DNA from: an uncultured Verrucomicrobiae bacterium
Lineage (GTDB): Bacteria > Verrucomicrobiota > Verrucomicrobiia > Chthoniobacterales > UBA10450
Direction: 5' to 3'
Assembly: GCA_963735805.1 (NCBI GenBank)
Contig: CAVTMK010000002.1
Span: forward strand, 1,216,001-1,280,000
Length of the DNA stretch: 64,000 nucleotides
The translations under genes were made by a program, and so were the position numbers. Shown one piece after another: positions 21,224-30,553 of the stretch. The notes beneath the pieces are model-generated. The model made no database searches, was not told the origin of the DNA, and saw only the letters and a program-made list of their open reading frames with translations. Every line of letters begins with the position of its first letter. The first letter of the stretch is position 1.

Positions 21224-22756
21224 ATGAAAATTACCCGCGCTCTCATTTCCGTTTCCGACAAGGCTGGTATCGCCACTTTTGCCCGTGCGCTGGAACAACA
21301 GGGCGTGGACATCATATCAACCGGCGGAACAGCCGACCTCCTGAGGAAAGAAAAAATTCCAGTGCGCGAGATTTCGAGCTTCACCGCATTTCCGGAAGTG
21401 CTGGAGGGACGTGTGAAGACGTTGCATCCGCGTGTGCACGGCGGTCTCCTATACAAGCGTGGTAATGAGAAACACGAGGCTGAAGCGCGCGAATGTGGGT
21501 TCGAGCCAATCGATCTGGTCGTAGTGAACCTTTATCCGTTCGAAGCCACGATTGCCAAGCCCGAGGTAACGCTGGCGGAAGCGATCGAGAATATCGATAT
21601 CGGCGGACCGTCGATGATTCGCAGCGCGGCAAAAAACTACGAATCGGTCACAGTGGTAGTTGATCCGGGAGATTACAACTCGGTGTTGGAAGAGATACGC
21701 GATAACAATGGCGAAACGACACTCAAATTGCGCGAGCGCCTGGCCATCAAAGCCTTCACCAGGACCGCTGAATATGATCGCGCAATCGGCACCTTCCTGA
21801 ACAAAGAGCAGACAACGGACGCCTCCTTTTCACTTTCGCTCCCACTGGTGACGCGGTTGCGCTACGGAGAAAATCCACATCAGACCGCCGCCCTTTACGG
21901 CGATTTCGACAAATGCTTTGAAAAACTTCACGGCAAGGAACTCTCCTTCAACAACATTTTGGACATCAGCGCGGCGACGAATCTAATTGCTGAATTCGAA
22001 GAACCGACCGTCGCGATTTTGAAGCATACCAACCCGTGTGGTGTTGGTTCGGATGCCGATCTTCGCAAGGCGTGGAACAAGGCGTTTGCCACGGATAAAC
22101 AGGCGCCCTTTGGTGGGATTATCATCTGTAACCGTCCATTGACCGAAGCGCTGGCGAAAGTGATCAGCGAGATTTTCAGCGAGGTAATTATTGCCCCGGA
22201 TTTTGAGCCGGAAGCGCGCAGCATCTTGCAAAAGAAAAAGAACCTGCGCCTCATTCGGTTGGCGACGCCCGCGAAAGATGCCAGGCCTCCAGTTGACGTT
22301 CGTTCGGTCTGCCGCGGTGTGCTGGTTCAGGACGCAGATATTGCAGAAGAGATAACATCCGGCAGCGGTCGGATCGTAACGAAGAGGCGACCAACCAGGA
22401 CGGAGCTGAAGGCGATGTTGTTCGGGTGGCGAGTGGTCAAACACGTGAAGTCGAACGCGATTGTGTACGCCCGTTCAGATCGGACACTTGGCATCGGCGC
22501 AGGACAGATGTCGCGAATCGATGCTTCGCGTATTGCAATTTGGAAAGCGAAGGAGGCCGGGCTCTCGCTTAAAGGCAGCGCGGTCGCGAGCGATGCGTTT
22601 TTTCCCTTCCCCGATGGCTTGATCGCAGCGGCTGACGCAGGCGCAACATGCGCCATCCAGCCGGGCGGGTCAGTCCGCGACGATGAAGTGATTGCCGCCG
22701 CCAACGAACGCAACATTGCGATGATCCTCACCGGCGTCAGGCATTTTCGGCACTGA
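21224..22756 (+). CDS. purH: Bifunctional AICAR transformylase/IMP cyclohydrolase
   Basis: [40 protein letters not shown], ends RHFRH. Confidence 0.97.
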   Translation: MKITRALISVSDKAGIATFARALEQQGVDIISTGGTADLLRKEKIPVREISSFTAFPEVLEGRVKTLHPRVHGGLLYKRGNEKHEAEARECGFEPIDLVVVNLYPFEATIAKPEVTLAEAIENIDIGGPSMIRSAAKNYESVTVVVDPGDYNSVLEEIRDNNGETTLKLRERLAIKAFTRTAEYDRAIGTFLNKEQTTDASFSLSLPLVTRLRYGENPHQTAALYGDFDKCFEKLHGKELSFNNILDISAATNLIAEFEEPTVAILKHTNPCGVGSDADLRKAWNKAFATDKQAPFGGIIICNRPLTEALAKVISEIFSEVIIAPDFEPEARSILQKKKNLRLIRLATPAKDARPPVDVRSVCRGVLVQDADIAEEITSGSGRIVTKRRPTRTELKAMLFGWRVVKHVKSNAIVYARSDRTLGIGAGQMSRIDASRIAIWKAKEAGLSLKGSAVASDAFFPFPDGLIAAADAGATCAIQPGGSVRDDEVIAAANERNIAMILTGVRHFRH

Positions 22757-22769
22757 CGCGCATTTCTGT

Positions 22770-22861
22770 TGTCATTCCGAGCGGAGGCGAAGAATCTCAG
22801 GTCTTTCTTTAACCTGTTCGACAAACGAATAGTCAGAGATGTTTCGATCCGCTCAACATGA
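22770..22861. repeat. GTCAT-tagged REP-like inverted doublet
   Basis: TGTCATTCCGAGCG..GAATCTC / GAGATGTTTCG..CGCTCAACATGA; related doublet at 30438-30525. Confidence 0.7.
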
Positions 22862-24041
22862 AAAGAATCGATCGATCGACCCGCCGCGCGTAATTAACAT
22901 TGAGGATTTACGACGGGAGGCGAAACGCAGGCTGCCGCGAGCCGTATTTGATTACATCGATGGCGGCGCAGAGGACGAACGCACGTTGCGCGCTAACTGC
23001 CGCGCGTTTGAAGAAGTAACATTTCGGCCGCGTTGCGCCGTTGCGACGCCGACATGCGATCTGGGCGTGTCCGTGTTCGGCAAATCTCTATCCATGCCGT
23101 TGATCCTTGCGCCTGTTGGTAGCAGCCGACTCATGTATCCGCGCGGCGAGGAAGCTGCAGCAGGCGCGGCTGGAGTTGCCGGAATTACCTATACGCTTTC
23201 AACGCTCTCTGGCTGTCGCCTGGAGGATGTTGCCGCGGCATCGAAGGGAACGCTTTGGTATCAGCTTTATCTTGTCGGTGGACGTGATTGCGCGCTTTCT
23301 GCCATCGAACGCGCGAAAGCCACGGGTTTTTCGGCGTTAGTTGTTACAATCGACACGGCGGTGTCCGGTATGCGGGAACGCGATCTGCGAAATGGCGTCA
23401 GGGAACTACTAAGCGACCGTCTGGGATCGAAACTGCCGTTTGTCAGTCAATTACTAATGAAACCTCGCTGGCTTGCCGGGTTTCTAGCCGATGGCGGACT
23501 AATGAAGTTCCCGAATGTCGTTATCCCTGAAAAAGGGCCGATGTTGTATGCCGATGTCACAGCCGCTCTCGAGCACTCAGTGGTAACCTGGGATGATCTC
23601 GAGTGGATTCAACGGGCATGGAGCGGACCCATAATAATAAAGGGGATCCACACCGGCGACGATGCCCGTCGCGCGGTGGACGTAGGTGCGAACGCCTTGG
23701 TCGTATCCAATCACGGCGGACGCCAACTCGACGGTGTCGCGCCGACTCTGCGCGTTTTGCCTGAAGTTGTGGCAAGCGTAGGTAATCAGATCGAGGTGCT
23801 TCTGGATAGTGGTATTCGCCGGGGGAGCGACATTGTGAAAGCGCTCTGCCTGGGCGCTCGAGGAGTAATGGTCGGGCGCGCTTATGCCTACGGTCTTGGC
23901 GCCGCTGGTGGTGCCGGCGTTGCGCGAGCAATTGAAATTTTGCGCGCCGATCTCATTCGAACTCTCAAACTTCTCGGCTGCGCGTCAGTGGCTGAGCTCA
24001 ATCGATCCTATCTGGATGTGCCCGCGGATTGGCCTGGATAG
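22839..24041 (+). CDS. FMN-dependent alpha-hydroxy acid dehydrogenase (LldD-like)
   Basis: FDYIDGGA, WYQLY, VSNHGGRQLD, DSGIRRGSD; start uncertain because the ATG lies in a repeat. Confidence 0.92.
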   Translation: MFRSAQHEKNRSIDPPRVINIEDLRREAKRRLPRAVFDYIDGGAEDERTLRANCRAFEEVTFRPRCAVATPTCDLGVSVFGKSLSMPLILAPVGSSRLMYPRGEEAAAGAAGVAGITYTLSTLSGCRLEDVAAASKGTLWYQLYLVGGRDCALSAIERAKATGFSALVVTIDTAVSGMRERDLRNGVRELLSDRLGSKLPFVSQLLMKPRWLAGFLADGGLMKFPNVVIPEKGPMLYADVTAALEHSVVTWDDLEWIQRAWSGPIIIKGIHTGDDARRAVDVGANALVVSNHGGRQLDGVAPTLRVLPEVVASVGNQIEVLLDSGIRRGSDIVKALCLGARGVMVGRAYAYGLGAAGGAGVARAIEILRADLIRTLKLLGCASVAELNRSYLDVPADWPG

Positions 24042-24125
24042 TGACGAAGACCGCTTCGGCGATGAATCGCTAACATTACGTCCTGAGATTCGAACTACGA
24101 TTTAACGGTTCCACGATTCAACCAT

Positions 24126-24332
24126 TTAACGCGACGAAGTCGTCGAAGAGAGTCGCCACAGCCAAATGCAAAGGATGGCTGCAATGATGAGCGCAACCCA
24201 GCTCACTCCCATCGGAATCTGATTGGTGCCCACTTGCACTGGAATCTGGTTGATCAATCTGATCAGATGGCCGATTGCAAAAATTGCGAAAAGAATGCTC
24301 GCGACGCGTAATCCAGTTCTTTGAGAGTTCAT
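24126..24332 (-). CDS. Small membrane protein
   Basis: Two hydrophobic helices, 68 aa. Confidence 0.65.
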   Translation of the reverse strand: MNSQRTGLRVASILFAIFAIGHLIRLINQIPVQVGTNQIPMGVSWVALIIAAILCIWLWRLSSTTSSR

Positions 24333-24380
24333 GGGGTGATTCTTGTGAGTGTGTTTTGATTTGTCAGCAAAAATACACGG

Positions 24381-24926
24381 TTATGCCAGGCTTCTTCGCA
24401 GGGACGCCGCTTGTACGATGATACCAAGAATCACAAGACCGATGAACACAATTGTCGATCCGGACGGCGGAAGCACAATCGCGCTTTGAATCAGGTGCGC
24501 GCCGATTAGAGACGAGACAACGATCAGCGCCCAATCAAACAAGAAGAGGAGCAATATTGCGCCCACAACGCCCCCTGCCAGAAAAATGATGGTAGAGTGC
24601 TGCGCATACTGAACAAAAAATGCGGCAGCGATTGCGCCGGCGAGTTTGCCACCTGCCAGAAAACCGAGAACAGCAATTGCGATTTTCTGAAGGAACAGCG
24701 CGAGCAGCGCCCCAATCAAGCCAAGTACCAATGCAACGCTTAATGCCAACAGTGGCGATGGCTCATGGACAAGATGCGGGGTAAGCTCCACGCCCGCGGC
24801 GAATCCCACTGCTGCAACGCACAGCCAGAACAACTTCCGGCCAAATAACAGAATAACGATCCCGATCAGCGCGCCAACGATTGCGACGGAAAAGTGTAAT
24901 GGCGGAAGAGGGTTTTGAATGGCCAT
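24381..24926 (-). CDS. DUF4203-like membrane protein
   Basis: Multi-TM, Gly-rich; LLFGRKLFW. Confidence 0.75.
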   Translation of the reverse strand: MAIQNPLPPLHFSVAIVGALIGIVILLFGRKLFWLCVAAVGFAAGVELTPHLVHEPSPLLALSVALVLGLIGALLALFLQKIAIAVLGFLAGGKLAGAIAAAFFVQYAQHSTIIFLAGGVVGAILLLFLFDWALIVVSSLIGAHLIQSAIVLPPSGSTIVFIGLVILGIIVQAASLRRSLA

Positions 24927-25093
24927 GTTGTACAGCCGTTTGTGGCAAACGCCTGTTTATTTGATTTCGGTGCGCGACACAAGCACCGTGGCGTCCTCAA
25001 GCCGACACGGGCTCGATTTCCTTGCTATCTTCCGAAACGTACGCGAAGTAACGAGCGCGTCGGTTGGACATGCTGGCATGACTAATCCATTTT

Positions 25094-25167
25094 CGGGCTG
25101 TGGCTCAGCTTGGTAGAGCGCCTGGTTCGGGACCAGGAGGCCGTGGGTTCAAATCCCACCAGCCCGA
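25094..25167 (+). tRNA. tRNA-Pro (anticodon CGG), CCA not encoded
   Basis: CGGGCTG/CAGCCCG acceptor stem, GCTC/GAGC D stem, CCTGG-TTCGGGA-CCAGG anticodon arm, GTGGG-TTCAAAT-CCCAC T arm. Confidence 0.96.
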
Positions 25168-25190
25168 TGTGAACGATCCTTCGTCGCGAA

Positions 25191-25427
25191 ATGTTTTATT
25201 GTTACGTTTTGCGCAGTGTCAAAACCGGACGACGCTATGTGGGCTCTTGCGAGGATCTAGCTGAGCGTGTTCGCCGTCATAATGCTGGCGAGTCCAAGGC
25301 GACCAAACATGGAGTACCGTGGATCCTGGTTCGCAGCGAAAGCTTTATGACTCGCTCGGAGGCAGCGCTGCGCGAACGATACTACAAGACCGGGCGAGGT
25401 AGGGATGAGCTCGATGAGCTGTCGTAG
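25191..25427 (+). CDS. GIY-YIG nuclease family protein, copy 1
   Basis: FYCYVL..RRYVG..L.ER..RHN.G..KATK..PW..EA..RE..YK. Confidence 0.88.
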   Translation: MFYCYVLRSVKTGRRYVGSCEDLAERVRRHNAGESKATKHGVPWILVRSESFMTRSEAALRERYYKTGRGRDELDELS

Positions 25428-25498
25428 AGCGGTCGCCGCGGCGACAGGCCGTGGGTTCAAATCCCACCAGCCCGATGTGAACGATCCTTCGTCGCGAA

Positions 25499-25735
25499 AT
25501 GTTTTATTGTTACGTTTTGCGCAGTGTCAAAACCGGACGACGCTATGTGGGCTCTTGCGAGGATCTAGCTGAGCGTGTTCGCCGTCATAATGCTGGCGAG
25601 TCCAAGGCGACCAAACATGGAGTACCGTGGATCCTGGTTCGCAGCGAAAGCTTTATGACTCGCTCGGAGGCAGCGCTGCGCGAACGATACTACAAGACCG
25701 GGCGAGGTAGGGATGAGCTCGATGAGCTGTCGTAG
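25499..25735 (+). CDS. GIY-YIG nuclease family protein, copy 2
   Basis: Identical protein to copy 1. Confidence 0.88.
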   Translation: MFYCYVLRSVKTGRRYVGSCEDLAERVRRHNAGESKATKHGVPWILVRSESFMTRSEAALRERYYKTGRGRDELDELS

Positions 25736-25806
25736 AGCGGTCGCCGCGGCGACAGGCCGTGGGTTCAAATCCCACCAGCCCGATGTGAACGATCCTTCGT
25801 CGCGAA

Positions 25807-26043
25807 ATGTTTTATTGTTACGTTTTGCGCAGTGTCAAAACCGGACGACGCTATGTGGGCTCTTGCGAGGATCTAGCTGAGCGTGTTCGCCGTCATAATG
25901 CTGGCGAGTCCAAGGCGACCAAACATGGAGTACCGTGGATCCTGGTTCGCAGCGAAAGCTTTATGACTCGCTCGGAGGCAGCGCTGCGCGAACGATACTA
26001 CAAGACCGGGCGAGGTAGGGATGAGCTCGATGAGCTGTCGTAG
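25807..26043 (+). CDS. GIY-YIG nuclease family protein, copy 3
   Basis: Identical protein to copy 1. Confidence 0.88.
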   Translation: MFYCYVLRSVKTGRRYVGSCEDLAERVRRHNAGESKATKHGVPWILVRSESFMTRSEAALRERYYKTGRGRDELDELS

Positions 26044-26339
26044 AGCGGTCGCCGCGGCGACAGGCCGTGGGTTCAAATCCCACCAGCCCGATGTGAACTC
26101 CTGATATGACGATGGAATTTTGTAACTGAATCCGTTACGAGCATTGCATTTCCGCTAACGAGTCTGTAGACTGTAAAAGCGTTCGGACTTGACAACGGGC
26201 TCCTTCACTTGGAAAGTCCACACTCCTTTTTACCATGCTTGCCCCGCAACTTACCCCATCCGCCCTTGCGGCCACGATGCCGGTCATTCTTCAATTCCCG
26301 ATCCCGCAACCGCGGGACGCCGTCCGATCCTTGCGCCAT

Positions 26340-26558
26340 ATGACGACTCAACTTCTCCAAGAAGCAGCTCAGGTGATCCCGAATCAGCAACTTCTGATCA
26401 ACGTCGTTTCCAAACGCGTTCGCCAGCTTGGCCTAGGACATCGGCCAATGGTGGAGACGACACCGCGAATGTCGCTCACCGATATTGCACTCAAGGAAAT
26501 CATTGCCGGCAAGTTGACCTACGAGCAACTCCAGGAATCTGCCGACGGCGCCGCGTAG
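26340..26558 (+). CDS. rpoZ: RNA polymerase omega subunit
   Basis: LINVVSKRVRQL..G..P.V and DIALKEI..GKL; start at MTTQLL. Confidence 0.8.
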   Translation: MTTQLLQEAAQVIPNQQLLINVVSKRVRQLGLGHRPMVETTPRMSLTDIALKEIIAGKLTYEQLQESADGAA

Positions 26559-26642
26559 GCAGCGATCGAATACAGCGGGCGACGCTCGTTTCCTAGTTTA
26601 AGAGTTTCTGTTCGGGGGAAAGCTGTCAGTTTCCCTGTCCAT

Positions 26643-27107
26643 ATGGCAGCAGAGTCGATTACCAATCGCAAAGCCCTTCGCGATTATCATATTCTCGAGC
26701 GGTACGAGGCGGGCATCGAACTCAAAGGCAGCGAGGTCAAGTCGATCCGAGCGGGTAAGGCAAATATCAGCGACGCTTTCGCGCGAATCGAGAATGGTGA
26801 AGCATTTCTTTATAATGCGGATATTCAGCCATACGAACGCGCCAGCCACGAGATTCCCGAAGCAAAACGAGTCCGCAAACTTTTGTTGCATCGGCAGGAA
26901 ATCGACAAGCTCTATGGCGAGACACAGATCAAAGGCCGCGCGCTGGTTGTTCTGAAGTTGTATTGGAAGAACGGAAAGCTAAAAGCTGAGCTGGGTGTAG
27001 GGCACGGTAAGGAAGCACGCGATAAGCGGTCGGACCTGAAGAAACGCGCTGTCGATCGGGAAACAGCACGCGAAGTCGCGCGTTTCAACCGGCGACACGG
27101 AGCATAG
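26643..27107 (+). CDS. smpB: SsrA-binding protein
   Basis: NRKA..DY, EAGIEL.GSEVKSIR, RKLLLH, DKR. Confidence 0.96.
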   Translation: MAAESITNRKALRDYHILERYEAGIELKGSEVKSIRAGKANISDAFARIENGEAFLYNADIQPYERASHEIPEAKRVRKLLLHRQEIDKLYGETQIKGRALVVLKLYWKNGKLKAELGVGHGKEARDKRSDLKKRAVDRETAREVARFNRRHGA

Positions 27108-27191
27108 GTGCGTGCGACCACTCGTCGTTGATCCATGCTGCTGCCGTTCAGGTTGCCGTGGAGGCTGCGGTGCTGGATTGTGGTTTCCTGA

Positions 27192-28208
27192 ATGATTGTT
27201 CGTTTTTTTCGGCTGACGGGCGCGCTTGTCTTTGTCGCGTGGCTAGTCGCACGTTTGATTCGAACTACGCGCTATTCTCTGCGCGACAAAGTTGTGGTTA
27301 TTACAGGTGGTTCGCGAGGACTGGGGCTCGTGCTTGCGCGGCATATTTGCGCGGAAGGCGGAAGCGTTGCGCTCATTGCACGCGACCCTGATGAACTGGC
27401 GCGAGCAAAGGCGGATCTCGCTCCTCGCGGCACGGTGATCCTGACTGTTCCATGCGACTTGCTCGATGTCACACAAATTGAATCCGCTGTTCGTCACATC
27501 ATCGATCGCTTTGGCAAGATCGACATTTTGATCAATAACGCCGGCATTATTGAAGTGGGTCCGCTTGACCATATGGCGCGGGAGGATTTCGAACGTGCCA
27601 TGCGACTGCATTTTTGGGCGCCATATGAATTGGTTTCGCAGATCGTTCCTGAAATGCGCACCTGGGGTGGGGGACGCATCGTTAATATTTCTTCGATTGG
27701 CGGCAAAGTCGCCGTGCCACACCTGGCGCCATACAGCGTTAGTAAATTTGCCCTGACTGGATTCTCCGATGCGATTCGCGCCGAGCTTGCACGTGATAAC
27801 ATTCTTGTCACCACGGTTGCGCCTGGAATGATGCGCACCGGATCGCACGTGAATGCTAAATTCAAGGGCAAACACGACATCGAGTTTGCCTGGTTCGCCA
27901 CTTCAGCCGGAGCGCCGCTAATCTCAATGAACGCCGATCGCGCCGCGAAAAAAATTCTCGCTGCGGCTCGCCGTGGTCAGCCATCGCTCACGCTCACATT
28001 TGCCGCGCGCGGGGCGATTCTTGGAAACGCACTTTTTCCAAATCTCACCGGATACGCGATCCGCCTGGTGAATCGGTTCTTGCCGAAACCTGGCGGTGCT
28101 GAAGGGAACCCATCGCGGGGCGGCTCGGAAGCGCGTCGTTTAATTCCCGATTGGGTAACGCGGTCGGCTGACAACGCGGCGGTGCGCAATAACGAGACAA
28201 AAAGCTAA
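27192..28208 (+). CDS. SDR family oxidoreductase
   Basis: TGGSRGLG, NNAG, YSVSK. Confidence 0.9.
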   Translation: MIVRFFRLTGALVFVAWLVARLIRTTRYSLRDKVVVITGGSRGLGLVLARHICAEGGSVALIARDPDELARAKADLAPRGTVILTVPCDLLDVTQIESAVRHIIDRFGKIDILINNAGIIEVGPLDHMAREDFERAMRLHFWAPYELVSQIVPEMRTWGGGRIVNISSIGGKVAVPHLAPYSVSKFALTGFSDAIRAELARDNILVTTVAPGMMRTGSHVNAKFKGKHDIEFAWFATSAGAPLISMNADRAAKKILAAARRGQPSLTLTFAARGAILGNALFPNLTGYAIRLVNRFLPKPGGAEGNPSRGGSEARRLIPDWVTRSADNAAVRNNETKS

Positions 28209-28334
28209 ACGTCGAAATCGCGAATGGCGTGTCGCAGCTCGGCAACTAAGCGTTGGACGCCTGTCGCGCCGTAGTTGCGGAGGCGGATCGGGTGCTTGCT
28301 CGCGACGGGTCGGAGTTGGACGTTTTCTTCTCTA

Positions 28335-28886
28335 ATGACTAAGCGTCTCTTTGTGGCGATCGATTTACCTGAGTCAACGCGTCAATTGCTTGCCGGCCTT
28401 GATCCCCACGTTCGTGGTGTGCGCTGGACAGATCCGGAGCAGATGCATCTGACGCTCGGTTTCTACGGCGATGTGCCGGACGATATCGGTCTCACGCTCC
28501 GGGATCGGCTCGCTGCAATCCAGTTCGGCGCGTTTTTCCTGCCCATTGCAGGCGTCGGCGCGTTCTCTGCAAAGGGTGCACCTAAAATTATCTGGATCGG
28601 TGTCGGTAAGGCGCACCCGCATTTGTTTCAAATTCATAAGCGAGTGCAGGAGGCCGCACTCGCTGCCGGTCTCGAGCCGGAGCTTCGTCCCTGGCATCCA
28701 CATATCACCATTGCGCGTTGCCGCGATGTGTCCGCGCAATCGCTTCGAAAATTTTTGCACACGAATGCCGAGTTCGATGCCGGTATGATCCACGTTGAGG
28801 CTTTCTATCTTTATTCCAGCAAGCTCCTGCCTGCGGGTCCGATTCACACGCGCGAACTCACCGTCAGCTGTAGCCGCGGGCGCTGA
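28335..28886 (+). CDS. thpR: RNA 2',3'-cyclic phosphodiesterase
   Basis: RLFVAI, HLTL and HITI 2H motifs. Confidence 0.9.
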   Translation: MTKRLFVAIDLPESTRQLLAGLDPHVRGVRWTDPEQMHLTLGFYGDVPDDIGLTLRDRLAAIQFGAFFLPIAGVGAFSAKGAPKIIWIGVGKAHPHLFQIHKRVQEAALAAGLEPELRPWHPHITIARCRDVSAQSLRKFLHTNAEFDAGMIHVEAFYLYSSKLLPAGPIHTRELTVSCSRGR

Positions 28887-28898
28887 CCGCGGCACGCC

Positions 28899-30347
28899 CT
28901 ACAACCCCTTGCTCGAAAGCGGCGTGGCCACATCTTCCAACGACCGTCGCTCAGCGGATACGCCAATCGATGCTTCGATGACCGCGCCAAAAATCATCAG
29001 CGCAGCGGCCAAGAGGTATCCCATGAACAGGGCGTCAACCGAGCCCGTCCCGATGATCCACCCGAACAGCAACGGCGCACCCACTCCGCCAGTCAGCGTT
29101 CCGATGGCGTAGAAAATTGCTATCGCCAGAGCCCGGATCTCCAACGGGAAAATTTCGCTCACAGTTAAATACGCCGAACTCGCCGCCGCCGACGCGATGA
29201 AGAAAATTATTGTCCAGGCAAGCGTCTGCGTTTGTGCGGTGAGAACACCGGCGTGAAAAAGCCAGCCGGTCACCGCGAGTAAAATCCCGGCGAGCCCGTA
29301 AGTAATAGTTATCATCTGTTTGCGCCCGACAGTGTCAAAGAAATGCCCGAGCAACACCGGACCGAGCACATTTCCCAATGCGAACGGCAACAAATAGCTG
29401 CCCACATTTTGCTCGGGCACGTTGTAAAACCGCATCAGAACCAGTGCGTAAGTGAAAAAGATCGCGTTGTAAAAAAAGGCCTGCGTGAGCATCAGGACAA
29501 AACCGAGAATCGAGCGCCGGCGATGCTCGTGCACAATCGCGTCCCAAATCTCATGCCACGGCGTATGTGTCCGCGTCCGAATACGCGTGAGCCGCACATC
29601 GCTGTAGCCGCGGTCGCTGACCGCGGCCCCCTTCGAGCCCATAATCTTTCGTTCCACTTCGCCTACAACCTGTTCCGCTTCATCGTTGCGCCCATGAATC
29701 ATCAACCAGCGCGGACTTTCCGGAATCCAACGGCGAAAGAAGATCACGATCAAACCGAGCGTTGCACCGATTCCAAAAGCGAGTCGCCATCCCAGCCAGA
29801 TTGGCACGCGACTCGGATCAAGTAGTACAAGTGTGGCGGCTGCGCCAAGCGCGGCCCCGACCCAGTATGAGCCGTTGATGATCAAATCAACCCGGCCACG
29901 CACGCGCGCCGGAATCAGTTCGTCAATTGCGGAATTGATTGCTGCGTATTCGCCGCCAATTCCTGCGCCAGTCACCGCACGAAAGAATGCGTAGCTCCAG
30001 AAATTCCAGGAGAAAGCGGACAAGGCCGTTCCAATTAGATAAACCGCGACGGTAATGAAGAACAATTTCTTGCGGCCAAATCGGTCTGTACCGTAGCCGA
30101 AAAGGAGCGCACCCAATACGGCGCCCGCCAGGTAGGTTGTCGCGCTCGCGCCAACCCGGGCCGGTGTTAAACCCAGCGTTTCCGGCCGCGTTAAAATTCC
30201 ACCCAACGCGCCAGCTAGTGTCACTTCCAGGCCATCGAGAATCCAGGTCGCTCCCAACGAGACAACAATCAGCCAGTGCCATGAACTCCATGGCAACCTG
30301 TCCAACCGCGCGGGCACATATGACTCGATCGTTTCGCAGCTGGCCAT
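28899..30347 (-). CDS. MFS transporter
   Basis: DRFGRK, GIGGEY, PESPRWL, SEIFP. Confidence 0.92.
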   Translation of the reverse strand: MASCETIESYVPARLDRLPWSSWHWLIVVSLGATWILDGLEVTLAGALGGILTRPETLGLTPARVGASATTYLAGAVLGALLFGYGTDRFGRKKLFFITVAVYLIGTALSAFSWNFWSYAFFRAVTGAGIGGEYAAINSAIDELIPARVRGRVDLIINGSYWVGAALGAAATLVLLDPSRVPIWLGWRLAFGIGATLGLIVIFFRRWIPESPRWLMIHGRNDEAEQVVGEVERKIMGSKGAAVSDRGYSDVRLTRIRTRTHTPWHEIWDAIVHEHRRRSILGFVLMLTQAFFYNAIFFTYALVLMRFYNVPEQNVGSYLLPFALGNVLGPVLLGHFFDTVGRKQMITITYGLAGILLAVTGWLFHAGVLTAQTQTLAWTIIFFIASAAASSAYLTVSEIFPLEIRALAIAIFYAIGTLTGGVGAPLLFGWIIGTGSVDALFMGYLLAAALMIFGAVIEASIGVSAERRSLEDVATPLSSKGL

Positions 30348-30437
30348 CGTGTGAGTCTTTCGCGCAAAGAAGCGCGCGACGCAAAGCGCGCTTTTGGCCT
30401 AACGACTTGAATTGTTTAAACGCCAAAGGGTAAGCGC

Positions 30438-30525
30438 TGTCATGTCGAGCGACGTCGAGACATCTCTTGATGCACGTCGCCATCCGCAAATAATTCAGAG
30501 ATTCCTCGACTTCGCTCGGAATGAC
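30438..30525. repeat. GTCAT-tagged REP-like inverted doublet
   Basis: TGTCATGTCGAGCG..GACATCTC / GAGATTCCTCGACTTCGCTCGGAATGAC. Confidence 0.7.
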
Positions 30526-30553
30526 GGAAGATGCAGCGGCAATAAAACTGAAA

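Larger units (their letters stand above)
25138..26098 (+). repeat. Tandem array of three 308-bp units delimited by four copies of the tRNA 3' end
   Basis: AGGCCGTGGGTTCAAATCCCACCAGCCCGATGTGAAC at 25138, 25446, 25754, 26062. Confidence 0.95.

Noticed and set aside
25257..26076. Antisense 67-aa ORFs MNPRPVAAATALRQ
   Set aside because: Shadow frames of the GIY-YIG repeat with no independent support.
25138..26098. CRISPR-like array (37-bp repeat, four copies)
   Set aside because: The intervening sequences are identical, 271 bp long and protein-coding, the repeat is a tRNA end, and there are no cas genes.
26235..26339. N-terminal extension of rpoZ
   Set aside because: Omega-like sequence begins at ATG 26340; the extension has no support.
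27108..27191. tmRNA next to smpB
   Set aside because: No ssrA-like acceptor ends or tag frame seen, and the gap is too short.
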